NCBI GenBank assembly: GCA_964057225.1
Contig: OZ059895.1
Location: forward strand, 16,368,001-16,432,000
DNA length: 64,000 nt
Reading direction: 5' to 3'
DNA from: Auanema rhodensis
Lineage: Eukaryota > Animalia > Nematoda
The position numbers were made by a program, and so were the translations under genes. Below, one piece after another: positions 12,301-24,400 of this stretch (positions within the stretch are counted from its first letter, which is position 1; every line of letters begins with the position of its first letter). The notes beneath the pieces were generated by a model that was not told the DNA's origin, made no database searches, and worked only from the letters and a program-made list of their open reading frames with translations.

Positions 12301-13705
12301 AGTAACAGGAACGAGAGAGAGAGAGAGAGAGAGATAGAAAAATTCCCCAGATATTATACCAGTAATAATTAGAAATCAGCCCTGTCCTCCTCCAATTACT
12401 GTCTTCATCTCTTTCTTTCAATTTCTTTTTTTTTCTACAACCACGATTGATTGATGGGCACGGGTCAACTGAAGTGAGAAAGCAGTCGAAGCAACATTGT
12501 CAGTTTGTGGTTGTAGATGGTATGGATCAAAGAAAGAAAGAACCAGTGACATTCAGATGAGTAGAAATGTGGTTGAAGACTATAACATATGAGGAAGAAG
12601 AGATGATTGAGCTCAGAAAATGGACCTGTTTCGCCAAGGTTGCCCCCCTGGGGGTCCTCAGACTGCACCCTTCTTCATCCCTGTTTCTGTTTTCTTCATT
12701 TATTCCATATTTGGCAAAATGACGAGACAGAGAGAGTGAGAGAGTGAGAAAGATGAATAGAAAGTAAGAAGAAGAGAGTAAGAGATGGGAAGATGTTCAA
12801 GAAATAGAATACATTAATAGTTAATATAAGTATTAACGCCTAATTACCATGATCATAGCTAGCCCATATGTGACTATTCATTTATGTTTTCACAGAACAA
12901 TCATCAAAGTTATAATGTCATCTCATCATATTTGTGAGCTTTCTAATTATTTAATTAACCGTTATGGACTCTATGATACATTTCATATTGTTTATATTCA
13001 TTAATGCCTCGTATGAAAGGAGAGAGACACTACAGAGATATATCATATACAAACTCTTTTTGTCTCTCTTTATTTACGTTAATTCCTCAATTCCAAACTG
13101 AATTGTAAGAAAAGGAAGTAAGAAAATGTGAATTATTAGCTGTCAGATAAACAACAAATGTTTTAAATCTCTTTTTGTAGACCGTCGACGATGATTGGCT
13201 TCCTCTATATATCGTTCTTGACTATGATGTATTGGTTAATTATCTCGCACAACTTCGTCGGATTCTGAAGTCACGAGTTGTCATTGCCATTGTTCCATCG
13301 TTTGTCCTTTGCCAATTGGATAAGATGAAAGTATTTGTCATTTCTAATAGCTGCTTAGTTAAATAATTTTCCAATTAAGGGCACTGGACCTAGTGTTCGA
13401 GCAGCTATGCGTTTTATAGAGCAAAATCAGAAGTCGAACGATTTAAGAGTGGAAGAATCTGCCAGCCATGTGGAGTGTTGTGAAAAGCTCATAGAATCAA
13501 CAGAATCAGCTAGTCAGTTGAAAACTGTGGTAAGCTTACTAGTGATCGATATTGAGCAATATCACAGCTTAACCATACCAGGTATCTCATATTTTCTTTG
13601 TTAATGATCTCCTGATATTGAAACATATTTTCAGGTGTATCAGTATACCACGTTGAGAGCTTTTTCGATCGTTGGGAAAAATGCACAATCAATTCCACTT
13701 CCTAA
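9396..13705 (+). CDS. smg-5: NMD factor SMG-5 (EST1/TPR N-terminus, degenerate C-terminal PIN domain) with a 1.94 kb intron at 11240-13180
   Basis: EST1 motifs YLGDLARY...HYKKAVEANPDLGQAYNQLAIL...GNPFHNSLPNL. PIN exons from 13181 read PLYIVLDYDVL...IAIVPSFVLCQLDKMK|GTGPSVRAAMRFIE. The middle acidic pair of the active SMG-6 PIN is missing, which favours SMG-5. Confidence 0.85.
12225..12517 (+). ncRNA. Candidate structured RNA elements in the large smg-5 intron
   Basis: Hairpin at 12225-12275 (18 bp in three segments). Hairpin at 12434-12517: TCTACAACCACGATTGA pairs with TCAGTTTGTGGTTGTAGA, 17 bp with one bulge. G.U pairs are on the + strand. Confidence 0.5.
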
Positions 13706-14877
13706 ATGTAAGAAATTAATATGAACGGTGTCTTTTTTCCTTTTTTGATTAATACTCGAGATTACTATAAGGTGCGTGTGTGTGTGTGTGCATAGAAACT
13801 GAGCCTATTTTGAAAAATGCTTGAAAAGAAGAAAATGTTTCTTTTTTTTCTGCGATTTAATTATTTAAATAAAATATTTTTTTATAACTTTTTGAAAGTA
13901 CGAATAATGATTTTTCATTGTTTTCATTCATATTTATCTGTCTGAAAGATGAACCTACAAGCTTTTCGTTATACTCTTCTCTCACCCTTTTTTGGGGGAT
14001 TTTCAACATTCAACAAACCTAAAATCATGTTTATAAATATGGATAAGAGTATAACGAACCGTCTTATCAGATATGAAGTAGATAAATTAATATTTTAATA
14101 TTATTCATTTACGTTTTTGTTGGTTTTCAATAGTAATTTTTTCAAGAATTTTTTTGAAAATCAGGCTCATTTTCATTACAAACACCTAATATGTAAGCCT
14201 CGCGTTTTGTTCTTCTACTCTATAGTCATGATGCATGATGTTTCTCAACACATTTCCATAGATATATTTTCCATTATCAACTGGAAATTATAAATATGTT
14301 GTGGAAATGAAATTAATTATGATCTGACATAATTAGAGAGACCCAAACTTTATAAAGATCAGTACCTATAAGAATGACAAGAACTCATGTTCCTATACAT
14401 ATTTCGAGTTGTTGGAACCCTTATGATGCTAAAATTAATGTGATGGAGTCCTCATTTATAAATAAACGTAATTTTACCGCTAGTAAGGTTTCATTTTTCT
14501 TTTTTTCCTCCATAATTCTTTTCCACTTTTTTTCTGTTTATTAGCTTTTCACTGTCACCATCTTATAGTTAATGGATCATAAGTGGGAGGAGCCGAAGAG
14601 AGGGCGGGCAAAAAGGGAAAAAGGGAGTGAGAGTGGGAGTGGGAGAGGAAAGACTGCTAGTTTAAGAGGGCAGATTTTTAATGAAAATAGAACATTTTCT
14701 AATGAAACAAAATGAGAGTAACAAAGAGAAAGTGAGTGAATGATAGGGAGTGAGTTGTTCTGTTTTCTACTTATTGTTTCATCTTTTCTCACTTTATAAT
14801 GTGCAAGACAACACTAGCTTTTGATGAAACATATATAGTCTTTGTTGTTGTTAAGAACTCTATTGATTTTGAATGAC

Positions 14878-14944
14878 AGAGAAAAAAGAGAGGGAGAGAG
14901 AGAGAGAGAAAGAAAGAGAGAGAGAAAGAAAGAGAGAGAGAGAG

Positions 14945-14990
<46 letters not shown>

Positions 14991-15002
14991 AGAGAGAGAG
15001 AG
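14878..15002. repeat. Imperfect (AG)n microsatellite
   Basis: About 120 bp of GA/GAAA repeat; it produces the spurious ERERER and SLSLSL ORFs. Confidence 0.95.
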
Positions 15003-15488
15003 TAAGAAAAAAAAGAAAATTTCTAAAACTTTAAAGCTGATCATCGATAGCAACGAAAAAGGTTGCGAAGAGCGGTCAGTCGTTTTTTATTCTTTTTGCC
15101 ATTCCATCCAAGGCAATTCGTTAATTGTTCTTTGTTATTTGAATTTACTATTTCCTCGTTCGTCAATGTATTCACATCTTCTCATCCTATTTTAATCGTT
15201 CAGTTTCTCATTTGTCTTAATATTATATAATAATTACTTTAAATGATCTGTATAAATGTTTTTGAACTATACTTCTATACACTCGTAAAGGTTTTCCGTG
15301 TTTCCGGTGCCTTATACCTTCATCTTGTTTCCGACAACGCATGCAACTTACTATTAACTTACTTATTATTATCCTTACTGTTGTTAAATTCTACTAATTA
15401 ATCATCTTATTTATCGACTCATGATATGATATTGAAAATTTTCCTTTTTTGGGACTTTTTACTACTTGTCACAATGTATTTGCGTTAG

Positions 15489-18400
15489 AGCGGCAAGTGC
15501 TTATTAGTGCAGAGAAGCTGTCTGTTTGCTCATTTTGGTGAGAGATGTGCACACATACACGCACAGACACAGTGAAGTCCATCATGATCCGTGTTGACTT
15601 TCCATCCATCTTACCAATGAAGAGAGGAGAGACCGAGTACCTTCTCCCTAACACTTCCTTCGCCTTGTTTTCTGCCGCTTCCGATGTTTGAATTGAAGAG
15701 AGCTGTGAAACCAATCCGTCATGTCAGCGAATACTATCATTTCTGATTATTCTTCTATAATCCTAACTATTGCACTGTATAGGATGAACAGATTATTATT
15801 TTCTTATTTAGAAACAAAGTATTTCAAAGCAAGATGGTTGGCAGCATTTGTAAGCTTCATTGCTCGTACAATTTGAAGAGCAAGTACGTATTTTGGCAAT
15901 TTCCGAGTACGAAGTTTTACGTGATGCGTGACAGTGGGAAATGCTTTCATCATTTTGCATTTGTACATCTGGCGAGCGGTTGATTTCCTGCTGTATGAGA
16001 TTTTTAAAAATTTTCTATTTCTATTTTAATTTTCTTTTTAATTTTAATTTCCATTTTTGTTCATTAATTATATTCTCAATATTCAAGCTTCATTTCGCCT
16101 TTTCGGTTCTTCAATTTATCTTATTGTTTCAATTGGAGTTATTTGTATAAGCCATCCATCTGGTGCTAGCTAACCTTCGCGGTCTTTTTCAGTCTCCGGC
16201 AATAATATTGCGGCTTGAGAAATGTGTTCCAGAACAAGTGACTTAAAATGACGGAGAATGAGAGAGGGAGGGAAAGGAGAGAGAGAGAGAATGCTGGTGC
16301 AAGGTGGGATGACAAGAAAATAGCTAGCGGTGACTGCTGTTGGTCTATAAGAATTGGATGCTTAATATGAGCTATATCTTTTTCATTTTTCTAGAACACT
16401 ACGTTTTTATTCTTTTATCTAGGGAAAAGGTCTAATGGTTTTCGCTTATCTTTCATTTTAAGCTTTCATAGTCTAATCAGCCAGCCAGAGGGCTCATCTC
16501 TGCAAAAAAGTGGAAGAAGATGTTTGAACAGGTACTGCTCTCGTTGGCATGAATGTATACATAGCATCTGCTTCAAATATTTGAGTTGAATAGAGAAAAC
16601 CTCTGTTGCTGTCTGCTGTTACTATGGCAGAATCGGTGTCTCCGGATTCGCCTCAAGTCGGAAATTTTCTAAAATCAATTTCACGTGTTAGTTACTTACG
16701 TTATTTACACTATACTATAATCGAGGTACAAAGCCATCGAAATAGTTGCTTAACTGCGGGAACGTGTGATCTTCATCATAAAAAGTACTTTACACTTTTC
16801 TAAGTTCAGTATGTGAAAATCTTGTCAAACATTTCTCCTTTTAGGTCGTAGTCTATTTTTTAAATCTTTGTCATTTCTCATCGCCGGCAGAAGCATGAAA
16901 TCTGAATATGGGCTTGGCCTTGTTAGCCAGCCAGTCCGCAATCCGGACAATCCTTTGCAATCATATTAGGCTTTTTGTCGGCTCTTTTCTCGGCCACAGA
17001 CGGGCCAAAGGCGTAAAGAGACTGGGATGGACGAAGGGTAAGATAAAGAGAAAGAATAAGAACAAGCTCAATCTCTACATCTTCATTCTTTTAGACTTCT
17101 TCAGTAGTTTCTCCTCCATTTCTCGTATCTCTCACTTTCTTTGCTCCTTCTTATTTCGATCTTGCACGGCCGACACATTCCAGCTTGCTGACGATCAATT
17201 TTCTTTCTTATGTTATGGCAGTTTTCTATGTTTTCTCATCACAACTGCCCGACAGCTTGTTTATTATGTCCCAATTTACTAATTATCATTTCAAAAGTTA
17301 AGATTTCTCTGAATCCTTGCTGATGCACTTTGCTTGTTACCACTGATGCTATTCTCTGAACGTTTTGAGTTTGAAAATCTCAATTGTCAACTTTGTATTG
17401 ATAAACAATTACGTTTTACTAATTGATCTTATATATGGTTGTATTCGAACAATCGTGTGGTTCTGTCCATCTTCCACTTGTCATGTGGTGTGATGATGGG
17501 TCTTAGCAGATGTGGAACGACAAGAGCAGCAGCAGTCAAAGCGATACAATCTTGGTACGAATTCGAATTCAGATTATCCCTTTTCTTGTTTCAGTAAATC
17601 AATATACATTTTGACTTTATTCATGCTCAATCTATCTTATTTAATTGCATTTAGCTGCTCAGTTCTTTTGCTCTTAAGCTCTTTCTCCGTTCACGACGAT
17701 ATTAGCGGCGTGTTTGATCTGTAAAGGTTAATATATGGAGATTATTGCCATCTGTAATTATTCCTGTATATGTCTAAACCATCTACACCTGCACTTGTTG
17801 ATTCTGCTGTTTACATTTGAATCTCAATTGGGTTTTTTTGTTGAATCAAATTGTCTTCCCCATGTTAATCGATGTAGTGACCAGTGAAAGCACGCTTACC
17901 AAGTACTGCTAGATGATTATCGTTCTTTTTCATTTCCTATGTACGGAAGAATATCGCTAAGGATATCTAACTTCACTTCCAGGCTCATCACTTCGAAATG
18001 GTTTTACATCTATTCAGTTTTTCTTAATCCATCAGCTCACTCTCCTCATCTTTCATGTCACTATCTAGACTTCGCCATCTATCTATCCACTTGCTTTTCC
18101 GCAACTTTGCTTGTTGGAAAAACATTGAAGGAACTAGTCCTTCAACCGTTTATGAGATGAGCGTTTAACGTTTGATCCTTAATTTCTTACTGATTTCCGG
18201 GATTGCTTCAGAATAAAATTGAAATTTATACTGAAGTGAACTGAATCAGAAACAAAGTGGCTAACTGAGTACATTTTGATGGATGGCGTACGATGAAAAC
18301 CATACATAAACGACATACTATTACCAATCCTTTAGCGAAATGAGGAGAATAATTGAAAGCGAACGACCTTAAAGAACATTGATTGATTGAAAATGCTCTA

Positions 18401-21400
18401 AGAAATCGTGATGAACGAGGATGACTAGGCGTTAGCTAGGCATTTTGAAGATTAATGTGTGATGAATTGCTCCTGGTTAGTTTGACTCATTTGATTATGT
18501 TCTCTGTTTCAATCCTTCCTGCATTCTCATTTATTTCATCATTTGAACGACTTATTAGAGCTGGGATTGCATCAGGAATTACTCTTACTGGCTCTTAGTT
18601 CTACTTGTCCTTTGATTTTACCAATTAAATCAACGACTTGCACTTTTGCAGATTCTCTCTCGTTGATTGTCCAATTTGAAAAAAACGCAAGTTAATCCAG
18701 CTTAGTTAAGTTGCCTGCTTAGATTGTGTGTCATTGGTATTCAGATCCATTCATATTCCCTAATTCTCAGAAGTTGTATATATACTTAAATGAATTATGT
18801 TCGCACTCATCATTAGTTGGAACCAGGCATTACATAGATGGGAAATGGCTGGGCTAGACCCCTGGCAGATTCCTTCCACTTCGTCAGATGAGCATAAGTA
18901 GCTCCCATCGTGCTTCGCGGATTGACTTCCCCAGGGAGGTTGCGCCATTCCAACAGTCGCCTTCCTTTATGTCTCAAGTGTTCTCTCTTATTCCTCTTCA
19001 CTCTCATCTCCATTTTTCTCGCCACCTCTCTCTACGTAGTAGCTCAAGCTCACGTTCATTTTTCTTTCTTTTTCTGTTCCAGTATTCTTTTATAGAATTC
19101 CAATTACAGCCCCCCAGCTTCTGTTTAATTGTTTGAATGCTGACGTGACACTTAGAGACATTAGCCTTCGTCCGGACAACTTCATCAAATTCCATCGGCC
19201 TCTAGAGGTTTCACGGTCCTCTCGCCCAAGGCTCGGCATTTTGAGCAATTGAATTTCGTTGTCTGGAGCGTATGCTAGAAATTTAATATGCTTCTTTATT
19301 GTTTCCTGACCTGAAATCTGATCAGTGCCTAGATATTTCGAGTTATAGTTTTCTCAGTGCAACATGAAATTAAAACATGAAAACTCTCCTAACGAGGTAA
19401 TCTAGCATTCATGTCAAGTCAAGATTCGATGACGACATCTTTGTCCACCTCTCGTTTGGCCTCGCGGAATCCATAAATTATGTACACGGTCCTCGTTTTC
19501 CCACTCGACATCAACGCTTTGTTCATTTTCTCTTTTACTTCTTTTTTCATCATCTTCATTTCTTCCTCTTTTTGTCCAGATTCCGTTTCTGCCTTGGATA
19601 AATTTCTGTGTTTTCTCATTTACTATGTCCCAATCCAAATGTGTACGTCATTTCAAAAAAAAAGCTCATATCTCAAAACCTATTGCAATAGATTTGGTTT
19701 GAAACCATGTAAACGACCTATTCATATTATACTGCTTATCCTCTCAAATGCTAATCGTCTATCTTCGTTTAACCACAGTTCACGCTCGGAAACAGCTGTC
19801 CTTTTTAAGAAAGTGGTAAACGGGCCAACTCGGATTAGTTTTGACTTTTTTTCGAATCCAACTCTGTCCTTGCCTAGAATAGTGCAGATGGTCAGAATTC
19901 TTGGTCCAAAATCATTCTGCTTTTCCTAATAATTTCTTCGTTTTCCTTTTTTTCAATTTCCTTTGCAAGATCCATGTTCTTTATCCCCGTTTTCTCTCGT
20001 ATCTCATTCCTCTCTAATATGAAGTAGGCCTTTTCTGGTGATGAAGATGACACGCAAAGATGTCCGCTTGGGGTCGTTTTGTTTCCTACTCATTTTTTCA
20101 TTTTACTCAGTTTCCATCTTAAAGTTATAAAAACCACTGACAAGTTGGTTAGTTTTGAGAACTAGTATATTTTGTTGCATAGCACCTCATGTAGTCATAG
20201 CATATGGATATTTCTCATTACTTTGATACAACTATATATTTGATTCTTCTTTAATATTCCATTTCATTGATGCGTCTACTAACTTACATAGTACTTATCA
20301 AAGAAAGAAATGAATGTTTGTAAGAGCAAAGCTACTTATGCTTATGTATCATTCATTCCATATGGTCAGATGTCTTCTTAACGTTATTAGGAAATCGTCT
20401 CACACTTCTGCTTAGCTTCTTCTTCATTCTATCCCAATGGGTTGCCTCATTCGCCTGCTTATGCAAATGCAAGCCTTCCAGGGTAATCAGTCCAAATGGT
20501 AACCCTTCGTCCTTCTAGATGCATAAGGCTGTCTATCTAATCGTCACGATCTAACAATAATAATCCGATGTTGTGTATCTTCTTTCTAATGTAAGAGGAT
20601 AATTAGACAGATATGTCTCTGGCTACCCACCATGCCTCCTCGCCTCATCCTTAGTCTGTTCTCTAAAAAATAGACACATCCAGTCCTCTAATATAGAGCG
20701 TCATTACGAATACATGTTTCTAGTCTGTTCACACCTAATCGTCATGTATTTATTTCGTTTTTGATTAAGGAAATCATATTGTCAACTTTTTTTCTTCTCA
20801 CTATATCATCGCGTAATTTTTAGTTTTGTATGAGGAAATTAATGAATTTTCGGCTCGTCGATTTAGCATATCTCATTGGTTTACGTGAACCTTCAATTTG
20901 CAATATAGACGCGCCGCAGATTAATTTTGGTTTATGCTTCTATTTGATACGGTTGCTTTCTTTAAATGGCGTTTCATTTGTATAATTTTATGAAATTTGG
21001 GAGCAATCTGCCTTCTTCTTATGATACGTAATTTGATTTCTCGCCAAGGATGTATGGAAAATCGCAATCATCTTCAAATCTGGCAACTGCCTTTTTCATC
21101 TACTTGAGATTTCCGCTGTTAACTGCTTCATCTAAACTTTCAATTTCTGCGTTTTTTTTCTGCCATAATGTTCCACGTCCAACCCACTGCTTATTTCGGA
21201 ACGGCGGTGACGTAGAAAACGAACATAGTGGTAATGTGAGAGAACAAGACACAACCTGTTGCCTTCTACACGTTTCTTTCTTTTTCCCTGTTTCTCTTTT
21301 TTCTTCATGTCTATCATTCATCAGTTCATATTCGTAACAAAATAATCGTCTTATGTGTCGTCTTTTCATATTAAGACACTGGTCGGTACTCTTTAGCAGG

Positions 21401-24400
21401 ACATTTATCAGTACATTTTCTAAGAGTTATTTGTAATTGTGCCGTTATGGCTATTGAGCAATTCCTTGTGTTGTTAGTTCTGTATCAATGTTTTTTTTTC
21501 AGTTCAACGGGTTACTAATACTACTTTACTAAGGCCCGTTTATTAGTATTTTTTCTACTTTTGTAATCTTAGTCACGTTCGGCATTATGATTTCCCACAT
21601 TCACATAACCCCTAACAGTGTAATACTGAAGAAATACTCTTCAACAATCTACTTTCATCTTCTTTCATTCTCCTTCCTCTCTTAATTACCCATTCTTTTC
21701 CTTTTGTGTCACACTGTTTGGAGGATACGCGCCGAAGGCGCTCTAAGTTTACATGCGCCGATTACAAATTGAATCGCTGAAGAAAGTTCGCTAACCCTCT
21801 TTCTTTATGTATGCCTCTTCTCACTTTTCTTTGTTGCTAAACTTTTACGTATGATGACTGTTTCTTCCTCATTTCTTTTTGATTTGTCAACAAAAACGTT
21901 TTGAGACCAGTAGGTAAACAATGTCTTCAAATTTAAAATGTTTCTTCCTAATCGTGTAAAATCCTTTTAAATTTCTCGGATTAAAACATCAATTTTTCAG
22001 TTAATTAGTAGTTTTCTGTAATGCCTTTGTCCAATAAAAGATACGCTTACTTAATCCTTTATTCACCAACTAGAACCACAATTCACTATATATATATATA
22101 TATACATATATATCCTTTTACGGTGTACACTTTATGATGTTGCACTTTTAGTCTTGCAAAAAAAATCGTTTGATTCGATATACCTTGTGGTTATTGTTTC
22201 ACAGTAGAATAACTTTCGAAATTTTGGAGAGAAAAAACTATTTATGGTCGTGATTTCTCGGAGTACCACATAGAGTACGTAGCAGAAGTGACCTATATTG
22301 TTTTTTTTAATTTTTCCGCCTTATCTTTTTTTTTCAAATTCTTGTTGCGTATTTTGATCACTCTTTTTTGTTCTTCAGGTGTTGATTACGTTGTTTATTT
22401 TATGATTTGCTTCTTTCCTTTCTTCGTTTTTTTAATTCTTAACTTAATAGTAATTTATTTGTCAGGACGATGAATTCAGTATTATTGCGCACATCTGTCA
22501 ATGTGCTTCTTCGTGTTTCCCTCTTCATTTCTTCATTTCCTATTCTTTCTTTCTTAGTTGACATGAGTAGATGAAGATGCTAGCTGAGGGATTGTTTCGC
22601 TCGCCTCACTGCCTTATTCGGCTGTCGCCCTCTCCTCGTCTTCTCGAGAGGGGCGCTCTGGTAGCCATGTTAATTATCGGCTTGGCCGATGAAGCGTCAT
22701 CAGGCATTGTGCCCAGCTAACTGCCATCTTTCTATCTTCGGTCTGACTGACGGCTCGGACTGAGGTCTGGTCCTTTCCTGTCTTGTTGTCGTTGTGGGAC
22801 CTCGAGCAGCAATTGCATTGGCGCAATTGCGGATATCTAGCGAATTAGCATAATGGAGCTACCAAACAATGGAGATGGAGCTTGGGGGTAAAAGCTCTCC
22901 TCTTTCCTTTCTCTCAGTATCCGCCTGCTTCCTTATATGACTTTCTGGGTTTTCATGTCGTCTAATACTCCTACTTCCATTTTGTTGCTTTTTTCACGCC
23001 AGATCAAGGTGTTATTGAATAATATAAGTGTTCGTAAAGTTATAATACAACGTGGTTAATTATATTGCTATTTCTTGTCCTTGCATTCTGACGCAACACC
23101 GTCTACCCTTTTGCGCTAGCCTTACCTGTTCATAAGAAAAACGATTGGGTGGCCTCTATTCAATACTGATACAAGTTTCAAATATGTGGATCTTCTATTT
23201 GATTTCTTCGTCTTGCAAAATTTACGGTTTAAGATTTGAGAGATTTCTCCGAAAATGTGTTCAGGGAACCTGTTCTTTTCTTAAATACCGCTAGCTTATT
23301 CTGCTTAGGAGGCTTACTATTTTATGAAATTTATTAGACTTTTAGGTTATTATTGTTGTCTTGGAATTATTTGAGATTTGGTCTATTGTTCGTATTCTGT
23401 TCTAACGCCAGACCCACTCATCTATATGTAGGATACTAAGAGGGTGGTATCTTAAGTATAATACATGATAATAGATTTAAAACCATTTAATATTGTTTTT
23501 TCTAATTCTAAGATTACCATAAGAAGTTAAAGGACACATGGATTTTTTCCAGTATATTCATCGGCGCGGTATTCTCAAAGAATTGACGCGCGTGTCTGCC
23601 ATCTTGAAGTAAACGATCTTTCTCTTGATTAAGTCCGTGTAAAAGAAGAATAGTATCGTTCGCGATGACATTCAAGAATGGTAAAGAGTTGATGAAACTA
23701 CTCAGAAGTGAAGACATATGGATCGACACGATCCTATAGAAACACAAAGGCTATAGTGTCTGTCTTCTAAATCTCTATTTTGTTGTTGCTTCTTCGGGCA
23801 CATGTCATGCACATGTTTAAATTTTGGCAGATGTTCTATTTCATTCAACCAAATTAGCCATCGGTGTTACATCGCAATTAAACTCATGTGCACCCAACCC
23901 TTCATTCTTATTTCAAAATTTCCGTTTTTACTGATTTTCTTAATGCCATTCTGAGCGAACCTGGTCACTTGATTATTTACTGACTTTAATGACTACCAAT
24001 ACCTACATATTTCTATTTTAATCCTTGATTATCCAATTTATATTTGCTATCTCGTGTGAATTTCCGAAATTTCGCAAATCTGATACTGCCATATGCCGTG
24101 TATGTGTGGTCTTACTGCAAATTGTTGGCCGACTAATAACTGCTATCTCGAACCAATGCGTTCTGCCTTTGGGATTTATAAGAACAGCATGAACAAAACT
24201 GTGCTAAAGGAGCAAATTATTCGTACTCGATCTCAATTGGAAGTGTCAGATTTGACTTTTGGCACTAGCACTACCCTTTTCGGATAATTTATGTGCTTTT
24301 GCATGTTCTCGTTTAGACTAAACAATCTGTTGTTAGTTTTTATTTTAGCCGACACCTCAGGTTTCACAAAGCCATACTTCTTTTCTTGTCTTTAATGTGT

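Noticed and set aside
14814-15195. ERERER and SLSLSL ORFs here and at 37850, 42002, 57844 and 59819
   Set aside because: They are translations of AG/CT microsatellites.
18400-18500. Box C/D snoRNA suggested by two GTGATGA motifs
   Set aside because: No properly placed CTGA D box, terminal stem or recognisable rRNA guide.
18504-18511. CTGTTTCA (piRNA Ruby motif) occurrences
   Set aside because: There are only a few scattered copies, not a cluster.
15768-20845. miRNA seed look-alikes (TATTGCAC at about 15768, TGACTAG at about 18422, TTTTGTATGAG at about 20824)
   Set aside because: None sits on the arm of a pre-miRNA-type hairpin.
15469-24287. ORF-track entries in the smg-5 to unc-37 gap read as protein-coding genes
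   Set aside because: They are F/S/L-rich or K/E/R-rich products of strand-biased composition, with no domain and no consistent exon chain.
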